Source of the DNA: Clostridia bacterium
GTDB lineage: Bacteria; Bacillota; Clostridia; Oscillospirales; Acutalibacteraceae
Direction: 5' to 3'
DNA length: 64,000 nucleotides
Assembly: GCA_024404325.1 (NCBI GenBank)
Contig: JAKSQC010000001.1
Coordinates: 13,340-77,339, forward strand
Below, piece by piece: positions 1-11,727 of this stretch (positions within the stretch are counted from its first letter, which is position 1; each line of letters begins with the position of its first letter). The notes below the pieces were generated by a model. It was given only the letters and a program-made list of their open reading frames with translations, searched no databases and was not told the DNA's origin. Position numbers and translations under genes: made by a program.

Positions 1-11
1 AATCTTTCATT

Positions 12-1684
<1,673 letters not shown>

Positions 1685-2488
1685 TTATCTGCCGCTTCCG
1701 GCTACTATTTCGGTTATTTCCTGCGTTATCGCACCCTGCCTTGCACGGTTATATTCAAGTTGCAAGTCATCTATCATCTGCTGTGCATTCTTACCTGCTG
1801 AGTCCATAGCCATACGCCTTGCCGCAACCTCACTCGCAAAACTTTCCCTTACTGCGGCAATTATCTTTCCCGCTACGTACTCATTTACAGCATAGTTTAA
1901 TATCCCGAGTTCATCAGGCTCAAAAATTACACCGCCGTTTTTCTTCTCGTCGGGTTGCGATATAGGAAGTATCCACTTTACCTCGGGCGTTTGCGTCATC
2001 ATTGAAATATAGTTTGTACAAAGTATTCCGAGTTTGTTATATTCCCCGCCATAAAAGTCATCACAAAGTTTCTTTGACAGAGAGAAAGCGTCACTGTAAG
2101 AATACCCCTCTGCATAAACGGTATCGCAAGAAAACCGCTCACAAGCACGCTTGCCTATCGGTATAATATCTACGTTTTCAAACTCCCTTAATTTCCTGAA
2201 TACGTTTGCGTTATAACCGCCCGCAAGTCCTCTGTCTCCCGCAATGACGATTAGTTTTGTCTTACTGTTGCCGTCATTATTAAGATACGGACTTTTCGCA
2301 CATTCAGGCGAATTTGCAAGTGTGTTTACAATATCATCAAGTGCTTTATCGTATTCCCTGCTTTTAAGCATTGCATCGTTTGCTTTTCGTATCTTTGAAG
2401 ATGCTACAAGCCCCATAGCCTTTGTAAGATGCAGTGTGGAATTTACACTCTTTATACGGGTGCGAAGTAATTTTGTATTAACTCCCAA
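1685..2488 (-). CDS. atpG: F1 ATP synthase gamma subunit
   Basis: N-terminus RIKSVNSTLHLTKAMGLVASSKIRKA and C-terminus NRARQGAITQEITEIV are typical of gamma. It uses a TTG start 7 nt after the SD GGGGTG. Confidence 0.9.
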   Translation of the reverse strand: MGVNTKLLRTRIKSVNSTLHLTKAMGLVASSKIRKANDAMLKSREYDKALDDIVNTLANSPECAKSPYLNNDGNSKTKLIVIAGDRGLAGGYNANVFRKLREFENVDIIPIGKRACERFSCDTVYAEGYSYSDAFSLSKKLCDDFYGGEYNKLGILCTNYISMMTQTPEVKWILPISQPDEKKNGGVIFEPDELGILNYAVNEYVAGKIIAAVRESFASEVAARRMAMDSAGKNAQQMIDDLQLEYNRARQGAITQEITEIVAGSGR

Positions 2489-2494
2489 ATCTTA

Positions 2495-3988
2495 TCACCC
2501 CTGCATTTCTGCAAGAGCAGTTTTGAGTTTTTCTACGTCGCAATCTTCATAGTAACCCTGCTCAAAACGTTCTAACAAGTCACTGTATTTATTTTCGAGT
2601 TTTTCAAACAAGCGTTGCTCGTATTCCGATACCTTTTCTACCGGCACACTGTCAAGATAACCGTTTATTACGGCATAAACTATCGCTACCTGACAACCAA
2701 CCGAAACGGGTGAATTGCGGTTTTGCTTTAATACCTCAACTATTCGCTCACCTAAGGCAAGACGTGCCTTTGTATCGGCATCAAGGTCGCTTCCGAACTG
2801 TGCAAACGACTGTAATTCTCTATACTGTGAATATAAAAGTTTAAGTTCTCCCGCAACCTTTTTCATAGGCTTAAGCTGTGCCGAACCGCCTACACGGCTT
2901 ACCGATATACCGGGGTTTATAGCAGGCATTATTCCCGCGTGGAAAAGTTCGGTTTCAAGGAATATCTGACCGTCGGTTATAGATATAACGTTGGTCGGTA
3001 TATAGGCAGAAACATCGCCTGCCTGTGTTTCTATAATCGGGAGTGCGGTAATAGAGCCACCGCCGTATTCGGGTGCTACGCACGCCGCACGCTCAAGCAG
3101 ACGTGAATGCAGATAGAATACGTCACCCGGATATGCCTCACGGCCGGGCGGACGGCGAATAAGCAAAGAAAGTGCTCTGTAAGCTACCGCGTGTTTACTC
3201 AAATCGTCATATATTATAAGAACATCCTTACCCTGTTCCCTGAAATACTCCGCCATAGCACAGCCTGAATAGGGTGCTATATACTGTAAAGGTGCAGTTT
3301 CCGATGCCGAAGCCGAAACTATTATGGTATATTCCATAGCACCTGCTTTTGTAAGTTCGTTTACAAGCTGGACAACCGAAGTGCTCTTCTGCCCTATTGC
3401 AACATAAATGCAAAGTACGTCACTGTTTTTCTGATTTATAATAGTATCTATTGCAATTTCGGTTTTACCGGTCTGTCGGTCGCCTATCAAAAGTTCACGC
3501 TGACCTCTGCCTATGGGTATCATACTGTCTATTGCTTTAATACCCGTCTGCAAAGGAACACTAACACCCTGTCTTTCTATTATTCCGGGTGCTTCCTGCT
3601 CAATAGGTCTTGTTTGTTTACAACCGACAGGCCCTTTGCCGTCTATCGGCTGGCCTAACGCGTCAACAACACGTCCTAACAGTTCCTCGCCTACCGGTAC
3701 TGACAATACCTTTCCCGTTCTGCGTACGGTCATACCCTCGCAAATAGCGTTATTATCAGCAAGAACCGCAACCGAAACCGTTTCTTCTTCAAGATTTTGT
3801 GCAACTCCGTAACTGCCGTCGTCAAATTCAAGAAGTTCATTGGACATACAGTCGCTAAGTCCGTAAACCTTGGCTATACCGTCGCCTACAAGTATTACCG
3901 AACCCGTTTCCCGCATCTCTATCTTTGAATGGTAATTCTTTATCTGTTCTTTTATAATACTGCTGATTTCTTCGGCTTTCTTACTCAT
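2495..3988 (-). CDS. atpA: F1 ATP synthase alpha subunit
   Basis: Has Walker A GDRQTGKT and the blocks [41 protein letters not shown]. Confidence 0.97.
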   Translation of the reverse strand: MSKKAEEISSIIKEQIKNYHSKIEMRETGSVILVGDGIAKVYGLSDCMSNELLEFDDGSYGVAQNLEEETVSVAVLADNNAICEGMTVRRTGKVLSVPVGEELLGRVVDALGQPIDGKGPVGCKQTRPIEQEAPGIIERQGVSVPLQTGIKAIDSMIPIGRGQRELLIGDRQTGKTEIAIDTIINQKNSDVLCIYVAIGQKSTSVVQLVNELTKAGAMEYTIIVSASASETAPLQYIAPYSGCAMAEYFREQGKDVLIIYDDLSKHAVAYRALSLLIRRPPGREAYPGDVFYLHSRLLERAACVAPEYGGGSITALPIIETQAGDVSAYIPTNVISITDGQIFLETELFHAGIMPAINPGISVSRVGGSAQLKPMKKVAGELKLLYSQYRELQSFAQFGSDLDADTKARLALGERIVEVLKQNRNSPVSVGCQVAIVYAVINGYLDSVPVEKVSEYEQRLFEKLENKYSDLLERFEQGYYEDCDVEKLKTALAEMQG

Positions 3989-4524
3989 CCTTCTATCACT
4001 TCCCTAACTTCACTAAGACGGCGTTTTAAACTTCCGTCTAAAATTTTGCCGTCTGCCTCGACAATTACACCGCCCATAATACTCTCATCAATTACGTATT
4101 CCGGTACAACGGTTTTTTTGCAGATTTTTTCAAGTTTTTTAACTAATTTTGCCTTTTCGTCCATACTTAGTTCAACGGCACTTGTAACCTTAGCGGTTAC
4201 TACCATTTTTGCATCTTTATTAAGCGTTTTATACTCATTAAAACAATCTTTATAATCCTTAATATGACCGTTTTCACAAAGCATCATTATAAAGGAAAAT
4301 ACATATTCGGGCAAACTGTCACCAAACGTATTTGATAGTATCTCAGACCGTTCTTTCTTTGATATAACGGGTGATGAAAGCAGTTCCACATATTCGGGAT
4401 TAGCGTCAAACAACTCACACATTAAATCAAGTGCGTTTTCAAATTCGTCACTGCTGTTATTTTCACGTGAGAGCATAAACAACGCCTCGGCATACTCTCT
4501 ACTGCTTTCAGACATCGTCATCAC
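3985..4524 (-). CDS. atpH: ATP synthase delta (OSCP) subunit
   Basis: A 179-aa ORF between atpF and atpA with the OSCP-like C-terminus ([20 protein letters not shown]). The start is ambiguous: GTG 4524, ATG 4521 or ATG 4515, all overlapping the atpF end. Confidence 0.8.
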   Translation of the reverse strand: MMTMSESSREYAEALFMLSRENNSSDEFENALDLMCELFDANPEYVELLSSPVISKKERSEILSNTFGDSLPEYVFSFIMMLCENGHIKDYKDCFNEYKTLNKDAKMVVTAKVTSAVELSMDEKAKLVKKLEKICKKTVVPEYVIDESIMGGVIVEADGKILDGSLKRRLSEVREVIEG

Positions 4525-5014
4525 CTATTCCGTCTAAAAAAGAATCTATCAATTCTTTATGGTCATCTGTATTGATTTCTCTGGACAGCATCTTTTGGGC
4601 AAGTTCAGACGATACATCTATTATTTCCTTTTTTATATCGGCAGTTGCCTTTTTCTTTTCAAGTTCGGCTTCGTTCTTTGCCTGACGGATTATGGCATCC
4701 GCCCTATCCTTTGCATCTGCCAATACTTTTTCGGTATGCTTATCCGCATTAAATGATGCATTTTTTATCAAATTTTCTGCTTCGCTCTTGGCACCGTCAA
4801 GTTTTTGTTGCCACAAAAGTTTATCCTTTTCGGCATCTTCCTTTGCACTCTGTGCCTTATCGTACTGACTGTCTATTTCCTGCTTACGCTTTAACATAGC
4901 CTTTTTTACAGGCTTATACAAAAACTTCTTAAGCAATAAAAACAAAATCAGCAAATTACAAAGCGATATTAAAATCTGCCATATATTTACAGATATAATA
5001 TCCAAAGACTGCAT
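4508..5014 (-). CDS. atpF: ATP synthase Fo subunit b
   Basis: Has a single N-terminal TM helix followed by a long charged coiled-coil, and sits in the expected operon position. Confidence 0.8.
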   Translation of the reverse strand: MQSLDIISVNIWQILISLCNLLILFLLLKKFLYKPVKKAMLKRKQEIDSQYDKAQSAKEDAEKDKLLWQQKLDGAKSEAENLIKNASFNADKHTEKVLADAKDRADAIIRQAKNEAELEKKKATADIKKEIIDVSSELAQKMLSREINTDDHKELIDSFLDGIGDDDV

Positions 5015-5027
5015 TAAAATTTCACTC

Positions 5028-5330
<303 letters not shown>

Positions 5331-6230
5331 TTAAATTGTTTCTTTATTATATTTAGCCTTACGGCTTTTTTTCTTAAAAAAGTCCTCTGCGGGGAAACCG
5401 CCTGAAATATACATCATTGTAAGCATTGCGAATATAAACGCCTGCAAACAACCGCTGAACAAATCAAAATACACAGATAATATTGCAGGTAAACCTATCT
5501 GCAAAATCGGTATTTCTCCTAAAAATGACGGTAGCCAACCGAGTACTATTGAAGAAAGTCCTTTAAGTCCCGACGCTATAAGCACCGATATTACTGTACC
5601 CGAAAGTATATTTCCGTAGTGACGGAACGCCATTGAAACAGGTGTTGCAACTTCACTTATTACATTAAGGGGTGCAAGCAACGGTACGGGATCGCCGAAA
5701 CTTTTTATATAATGGATAGGTCCGCACTTAAACTTATAATACGTTATAAGGATAAATACGAGTATCGCCCAACCTCCGACTATATTTATATCGGACGTCG
5801 GCGGGTATAAACCTATAAGCGTCAGCAGACTTGAAAATGCCGAAAGTCCCATAATAGCCGCAATAAACGGTGCAAAGCCTTTAAAGTATTCACCCATATT
5901 GCCTTTTACAAGAGATTCGGTAGTATTTACTATCCACTCTGCTATATGCTGACGGCGAAGACAATCTTTTGATTTCAGTCCGTGCGTCATATACATACAA
6001 ATCCAGAATATCGAAAGTATTACTATCCACGAATTTACCTGCGACTCGGTAATAGGTAGGTCTTGCAATGGCATTTTTATAGTAAAATATATCAATGCAC
6101 CTGATATTTCTATTCCGCTTGAAGCAGGTGTAAAAAGTATATTAAGCACTATACCGAATAACAAAGGTATAATCGCAAGTGTTAAATATATTATATCCAC
6201 CGCTAAAAAACGCATATTGTTTTTCTGCAT
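5331..6230 (-). CDS. atpB: ATP synthase Fo subunit a
   Basis: A polytopic membrane protein carrying the conserved stator arginine block (SMAFRHYGNILSG). It sits in the expected operon position. Confidence 0.85.
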   Translation of the reverse strand: MQKNNMRFLAVDIIYLTLAIIPLLFGIVLNILFTPASSGIEISGALIYFTIKMPLQDLPITESQVNSWIVILSIFWICMYMTHGLKSKDCLRRQHIAEWIVNTTESLVKGNMGEYFKGFAPFIAAIMGLSAFSSLLTLIGLYPPTSDINIVGGWAILVFILITYYKFKCGPIHYIKSFGDPVPLLAPLNVISEVATPVSMAFRHYGNILSGTVISVLIASGLKGLSSIVLGWLPSFLGEIPILQIGLPAILSVYFDLFSGCLQAFIFAMLTMMYISGGFPAEDFFKKKSRKAKYNKETI

Positions 6231-6249
6231 ACTTTTCTACTCACCCACC

Positions 6250-6645
6250 TTATAATTCCTTATCATTCTTTTTCATAAATATCGGACGCAACATAATGGT
6301 TATTCTCGGGAAAAACAGAGGTATCAATACTGTAATTGTATTAAATATCGGGGCTAAAACACCTATTGCCGCTACCACAAACATCAATGCATTTCTTACA
6401 GTCTGTGAAAGACGCATTGTATTAGCCGCCTGCTTTTCATCCTTTTTCACCGCTTTTTGTACCGTAACACCCATCAGGAAAAAATTAAGTATCGCAACCG
6501 TACCGCTTAAAATATTGCCGAGCAATACCTTATAATTCCATCGCATCAAAATCAAAAAAACCGATTCCATAAGTACACTCAGTATAATTACGCCGATAGC
6601 GATAAATCGGGTTTCCTTTAAAACGGTCTTATCTATTTTAACCAC
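6250..6645 (-). CDS. atpI: ATP synthase protein I-like small membrane protein
   Basis: A 131-aa protein with about 4 TM helices, immediately upstream of atpB. The call rests on position and topology. Confidence 0.55.
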   Translation of the reverse strand: MVKIDKTVLKETRFIAIGVIILSVLMESVFLILMRWNYKVLLGNILSGTVAILNFFLMGVTVQKAVKKDEKQAANTMRLSQTVRNALMFVVAAIGVLAPIFNTITVLIPLFFPRITIMLRPIFMKKNDKEL

Positions 6646-6650
6646 TTTTA

Positions 6651-8930
6651 TCAGTCTCCTGCCAAATTATGCGATTCTGACGAAGTACTGCCCGACTCCG
6701 TTCCCTGTTCTGAAGAAGATTCCGCTTCGGATGAACTCGGTGTTTCACTTGAACTGCTTTGCGAAGATGAACTTGACTGTCCCCCTGAAGACGGTGTCGC
6801 TTGAGAAGAACTTAAACCTTGTTCCGGCGTTGACTCTTTTGGAGTTTCAGATTCTGTTTTCTTTGTATGCACACCGTTACAGGTTGCAACTTCTACACCG
6901 GGTACATAATAGCCATCTGCGGTGCTGTAACAAGATTTTCCCGCTAGCAGTCCCGTACTCCTGCAATATTTTGCGGTTATTATGTCACTGCTTTGCTCAA
7001 ATTCTTTTATTTCAAGACCCTTGTGAAGTTTGGTCATAATTGTTTTCCATACGGTAGCCGCAGCCCCTGCGTTATTAACATTTTCGGGTTTATCAAAACC
7101 GTACCATACAGAACCTACATAATACGGTGTTCCCGCAACCATCCACAGGTCATTTGACTCGCTTGAAGTACCCGTCTTTGCATACGCTTTCATTTTGCTG
7201 TAACCGGATATTCCCCTGCCCGTTCCCTGAGAACCGTAAACTACGTTTTGCAACAGTTTATTCATTATTGTAGCCGTAGCCGGTGATATTGCCTGCCTGC
7301 CGTCAACATCGCACTTAAGTACCGTCTCACCCGTAGCACGTTCTACCTTATAATAGGTGACAGGTTTAAAATATTTACCCCCATTTCCGAATATGGCGTA
7401 TGCCGCCGCAGATTCGGTGGTGGTTATTCCGTATGCACACCCTCCGAGTGCTAAAGATGCAATGTTTTTATCCGTTTCGGTAAGATGTTTCATATTAAGA
7501 TTGTTTGTTAAAAAATTATAAGAGTTTTCTACGCCTAAATCTTTTAAAATCCAACATGGTATGGTGTTTGCGGAACGTTCAAGTGCCTTTTGCAAGGTCA
7601 TGGTACCTGCATAGTATCCGTACCACTCTTTCGGTCCTGATTTACCCGTAGCATAATAATTATCAAGCGGTTTATCCGTAAGCACCGACGAATAAGTTGC
7701 AACGCCTTTATCTATTGCAAGTGCATAAACTCCTATCGGTTTCATCGTAGAACCGGGCTGACGCGGTGATGACCACGCACGGTTAAGACCTCTATTTACC
7801 GTCTTTTCCCCTGTTCCGCCTACTATTCCGAGTATATGGCCCTCATAGTCCATAACCGTCATCGCAGACTCTACGTGTGTACCCTTATTTAACCTTGAAC
7901 CTTGTGAAAAATACTTTTTCGTATTTCGATAAACGCTTTCCATCTCGTCTTGTATTTCAGGCTCTATAGTAGCATAAATTTTAAAACCGCCGTTATACAG
8001 CATTGATGACGCCGTATCGGCACTGCAACCGTATTTCTCACTTAAATCTTCCGTAATATTACTTATAAGCGTATCAACAAAGTAACTGTTTACAGGTATT
8101 TCAAAATTGCTCTGTTGCGACTTATCTATTACCACATCCATATCATACGCCGTATCGTACTCTTCATAGGTTATTTTGCCGAGTTCAAGCATTTTATCAA
8201 GAACAAGCTGTCTTCTGTTCTTATTTCCCTCTGGTTTTTTATCTGGATTATATGCAGACGGATTTTTTGTAATTCCCGCAAGTGCCGCACATTCTACCAA
8301 AGAAAGTTCGCTTACGTCTTTATTAAAGTAATAGTTTGACGCAACCTGAACACCGCATATTCCGTTGCCTAACGATATGGTATTCAAATATGCTTCAAGT
8401 ATTTTATCCTTATCACCTATTATCTGCTCAACGATTAACGCCCTTGCTATCTCTCTCAACTTTCTTGATGCACTTTTATCATTATCGGAAGTTAAATTTT
8501 TTATTAACTGCTGTGTTATGGTTGAGCCACCCTGATTGGAAGAATATATGTTTACAAACGGCAGATAATTTACAAATGCAGAAGTTGTTCTCTTCCAGTC
8601 AACACCGCTATGAGTATAAAAACGCTGGTCTTCAATACTTACAAATGCGTCTATTAGTTTTTGCGGTATTTTATCGAAGTCTACCCAAATACGGTTTTCA
8701 TTTCCGTGTATACGCTGATACTCCTCCCACTTATCTGAAGAATTTTTAACGTATATTACCGAAGTCATATTTATTTCAAGGTTTTCTATATTCTGTACTA
8801 TATCATTACAGCCAAATACATCAATTGCAGGACCTATACCCGTTTTTGCTACTGCAAAAACCATTGACAGTGATGCAATCGCGATAATTCCGGCTAAAAC
8901 AGCACTAAAATATCGTAGCGGTTTCTCCAT
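6651..8930 (-). CDS. Class A penicillin-binding protein (glycosyltransferase + transpeptidase) with a Ser-rich C-terminal tail
   Basis: Has GT51 motifs EDQRFYTHSGVD, GGSTITQQL and RKLRE, and transpeptidase motifs STMKP (SxxK), SAN and KTGT. It has an N-terminal TM anchor and a low-complexity S/T/E/Q tail over the last ~70 aa. Confidence 0.9.
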   Translation of the reverse strand: MEKPLRYFSAVLAGIIAIASLSMVFAVAKTGIGPAIDVFGCNDIVQNIENLEINMTSVIYVKNSSDKWEEYQRIHGNENRIWVDFDKIPQKLIDAFVSIEDQRFYTHSGVDWKRTTSAFVNYLPFVNIYSSNQGGSTITQQLIKNLTSDNDKSASRKLREIARALIVEQIIGDKDKILEAYLNTISLGNGICGVQVASNYYFNKDVSELSLVECAALAGITKNPSAYNPDKKPEGNKNRRQLVLDKMLELGKITYEEYDTAYDMDVVIDKSQQSNFEIPVNSYFVDTLISNITEDLSEKYGCSADTASSMLYNGGFKIYATIEPEIQDEMESVYRNTKKYFSQGSRLNKGTHVESAMTVMDYEGHILGIVGGTGEKTVNRGLNRAWSSPRQPGSTMKPIGVYALAIDKGVATYSSVLTDKPLDNYYATGKSGPKEWYGYYAGTMTLQKALERSANTIPCWILKDLGVENSYNFLTNNLNMKHLTETDKNIASLALGGCAYGITTTESAAAYAIFGNGGKYFKPVTYYKVERATGETVLKCDVDGRQAISPATATIMNKLLQNVVYGSQGTGRGISGYSKMKAYAKTGTSSESNDLWMVAGTPYYVGSVWYGFDKPENVNNAGAAATVWKTIMTKLHKGLEIKEFEQSSDIITAKYCRSTGLLAGKSCYSTADGYYVPGVEVATCNGVHTKKTESETPKESTPEQGLSSSQATPSSGGQSSSSSQSSSSETPSSSEAESSSEQGTESGSTSSESHNLAGD

Positions 8931-9072
8931 TTTTCAACCTTCTTAAGCAAAAATGCATTTAAGATATTATAACACTATTTTCCATTTTAATCAAGTTTTT
9001 TATATTCATTCATAATTTTGTTATATTTATGACATATAATACCAAAGTAAACCCTACCGAGAGGAGAAAATT

Positions 9073-11676
9073 ATGCTCAAATTAAGTAATATAACAAAAG
9101 ATTATGACTCAGGTGATACAAAAGTCGAGGCTTTAAGAGGAATTGATATCGAATTTCGTAAAAACGAATTTGTATCGGTACTCGGTCCGTCGGGTTGCGG
9201 TAAAACCACACTGCTTAATATAATCGGCGGACTTGACAGATATACCGAGGGTGACTTAATAATTTCGGGACGTTCAACAAAGGAATTTAAAGATTCCGAT
9301 TGGGACACCTACCGCAATCATACAATAGGTTTCGTTTTTCAAAGTTATAATCTTATTCCGCATCAAAGCGTTCTGTCGAATGTTGAATTAGCACTTACAC
9401 TTACGGGCGTAAAGCGTCAGGAGAGGCGTAGACGTGCTAAAGAGGCACTCCAAAAGGTAGGTCTTTCAGACCAACTTCATAAAAAGCCCAACCAGATGTC
9501 GGGCGGACAGATGCAACGTGTAGCCATAGCAAGAGCATTGGTTAATAACCCCGAAGTCCTTTTGGCGGACGAACCGACGGGTGCTCTTGACAGTGAAACA
9601 AGCGTACAGATAATGAACCTCTTAAAGGAAATAGCCAAAGACCGTCTTGTAATAATGGTAACACATAACCCCGACCTTGCAAACGAATATTCAACAAGAA
9701 TTATTAAACTTTTTGACGGCAAGGTCACCGACGATACAAACCCCTATTCGGGTGAAGAGGAAGAACAGGACAACACACGCAGGAAAAGACCGTCAATGTC
9801 ACTGCTTACAGCCTTTTCCCTTTCCTGCAACAACCTGCTTACAAAAAAGGCAAGAACTATTCTTACCGCCTTTGCAGGCTCAATAGGTATAATCGGAATA
9901 GCACTTATACTTTCCCTTTCAAGCGGTGTAAACGCTTATATAAACCGTGTTGAGGAGGATACACTGTCAAGTTATCCGATTATGATACAGCAAAGCGGTA
10001 CGGATGTCAGCGAACTTATAACCTCGCTTATGAGTGATAATAACGGCAGTACAAAGCGTGAAAAAGACAGAATTTACTCAAACGATATTATGAGCGAAAT
10101 GATGACAACTATGATAAACGGTACGAGCGAAAATGATTTGGCATCGTTTAAAAAGTACGTCGAAGATAAAAAGAATAACTTTAAAGACTATACTTCGGAC
10201 ATTAAATATACCTATTCAACAACAATGAACATTTATACCGAAAACGGATATAAAGTAAATCCCAGCACCGTATTTGAAAAAATGGGCTTTAAAAATGACA
10301 GTACCTCGCCTATGGGTAATACGTCATCATTTTCAAATGCGGAAGTATGGAAAGAGTTGCTTGATAACAAAGAACTTCTTGAAAAGCAGTATAACGTTAT
10401 AGCGGGAAGAATGCCGAAAGACTACAATGAAGTTGTTGTAATTGTTGACGAAAACAACGAAATAAGCGATTACACGCTTTATTCACTCGGTCTTAAAGAT
10501 TCGGATGAACTTTCCGATGCTATAAAAAAGGCTATGAACGGCGAAAAACTTGAAAAGCCTAAACAAACAAGTTATTCTTATAATGATATACTCTCTCTTA
10601 AGTTCAGACTTCTTCTAAATACCGATTACTATAAAAGCAACGGTGACGGTACGTGGACTGATATGAAGAACGATGAACTGTATCTTCTTGACAGATTAAA
10701 AGAGTCAACTGAGGTAAAGGTAGTAGGTATACTCAAAGCCGACAGCGACTCTGCTATGACCTCATCAAATTCGGGAACGGTAGGATATTTAAGCAGTCTT
10801 ATGACACATCTGATAAACGGCGTAAATGACAGTGAAATTGTAAAACAGCAAAAAAACAATCCTGAAACCGACGTTATAACAGGTCTTAAATTTGCAAAAG
10901 ACGAAGAATACACCCTTGACGACCTTAAAGCCTATATTTCACAGCTTCCACAAGACCAGCAAATGCAGTTTAACGGTTATATGTCACAAATGTCTGCTCA
11001 GGGTATGACCGATAAACAGATAGTAGAAAAGTTTTCATCGTATCTTAAAGCAACACAGAGCGAATCAACCTATGAAGACAATTTAGCACTTTTGGGTGTT
11101 TCCGACCTTGATACCCCAACGGGCATAAATATCTATCCAAAAGACTTTGAGGCAAAGGAAACCATAAGCAATAAAATAAACGATTACAATAATGCACGTG
11201 CAAAAGAAAATCAAATAACATACACAGATTATATAGGTCTTATGCTTTCTTCGGTTACAACAATAATAAACGCTATCAGTTATATTTTAATAGCGTTTGT
11301 AAGTATTTCACTTATCGTATCTTCCATTATGATTGGAATTATCACCTATATTTCGGTACTTGAAAGAACTAAAGAAATCGGTATTTTAAGAGCAATGGGT
11401 GCATCAAAACACGATGTATCAAGAGTATTTAACGCTGAAACACTAATAGTAGGTCTTACGGCGGGTGTTATAGGTATCGGAATAACACTGCTGTTGTTGA
11501 TACCTATAAATGCAATCATAAAAGCCATAACCGATATTGGCGGTCTTGCGATACTGCCGACACAGGGTGCAATAGTGCTTGTAATTATAAGTATGTTGCT
11601 TACCTTTATAGCAGGTCTTATCCCCTCGAAAATAGCGGCAAAGAAAGACCCTGTAACTTCACTTAGAAGTGAATAA
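9073..11676 (+). CDS. Fused ABC transporter: ATPase + MacB/FtsX-type permease with a very large extracytoplasmic domain
   Basis: Has Walker A GPSGCGKTT, signature MSGGQMQRVAIARAL and Walker B LLADEPTGALD in the N-terminal ~225 aa. This is followed by one TM helix, a ~450-aa soluble region, and a C-terminal FtsX-like 3-TM bundle. An SD GAGAGGAG precedes the ATG. Confidence 0.9.
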   Translation: MLKLSNITKDYDSGDTKVEALRGIDIEFRKNEFVSVLGPSGCGKTTLLNIIGGLDRYTEGDLIISGRSTKEFKDSDWDTYRNHTIGFVFQSYNLIPHQSVLSNVELALTLTGVKRQERRRRAKEALQKVGLSDQLHKKPNQMSGGQMQRVAIARALVNNPEVLLADEPTGALDSETSVQIMNLLKEIAKDRLVIMVTHNPDLANEYSTRIIKLFDGKVTDDTNPYSGEEEEQDNTRRKRPSMSLLTAFSLSCNNLLTKKARTILTAFAGSIGIIGIALILSLSSGVNAYINRVEEDTLSSYPIMIQQSGTDVSELITSLMSDNNGSTKREKDRIYSNDIMSEMMTTMINGTSENDLASFKKYVEDKKNNFKDYTSDIKYTYSTTMNIYTENGYKVNPSTVFEKMGFKNDSTSPMGNTSSFSNAEVWKELLDNKELLEKQYNVIAGRMPKDYNEVVVIVDENNEISDYTLYSLGLKDSDELSDAIKKAMNGEKLEKPKQTSYSYNDILSLKFRLLLNTDYYKSNGDGTWTDMKNDELYLLDRLKESTEVKVVGILKADSDSAMTSSNSGTVGYLSSLMTHLINGVNDSEIVKQQKNNPETDVITGLKFAKDEEYTLDDLKAYISQLPQDQQMQFNGYMSQMSAQGMTDKQIVEKFSSYLKATQSESTYEDNLALLGVSDLDTPTGINIYPKDFEAKETISNKINDYNNARAKENQITYTDYIGLMLSSVTTIINAISYILIAFVSISLIVSSIMIGIITYISVLERTKEIGILRAMGASKHDVSRVFNAETLIVGLTAGVIGIGITLLLLIPINAIIKAITDIGGLAILPTQGAIVLVIISMLLTFIAGLIPSKIAAKKDPVTSLRSE

Positions 11677-11693
11677 AAATCATATACAAAACT

Positions 11694-11720
11694 CACGGCG
11701 GTGCTTTAAGCACCGCCGTG
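11694..11720. terminator. Bidirectional intrinsic terminator between the convergent ABC and PBP genes
   Basis: A perfect 11-bp GC-rich hairpin CACGGCGGTGC-TTTAA-GCACCGCCGTG. Confidence 0.7.
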
Positions 11721-11727
11721 TTCGTAT

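Noticed and set aside
6651-6870. Ser-rich 3' end of the PBP gene as a tandem DNA repeat or contingency locus
   Set aside because: It is a low-complexity coding region (S/T/E/Q/G) with no exact repeating nucleotide unit. It looks like a disordered linker or tail.
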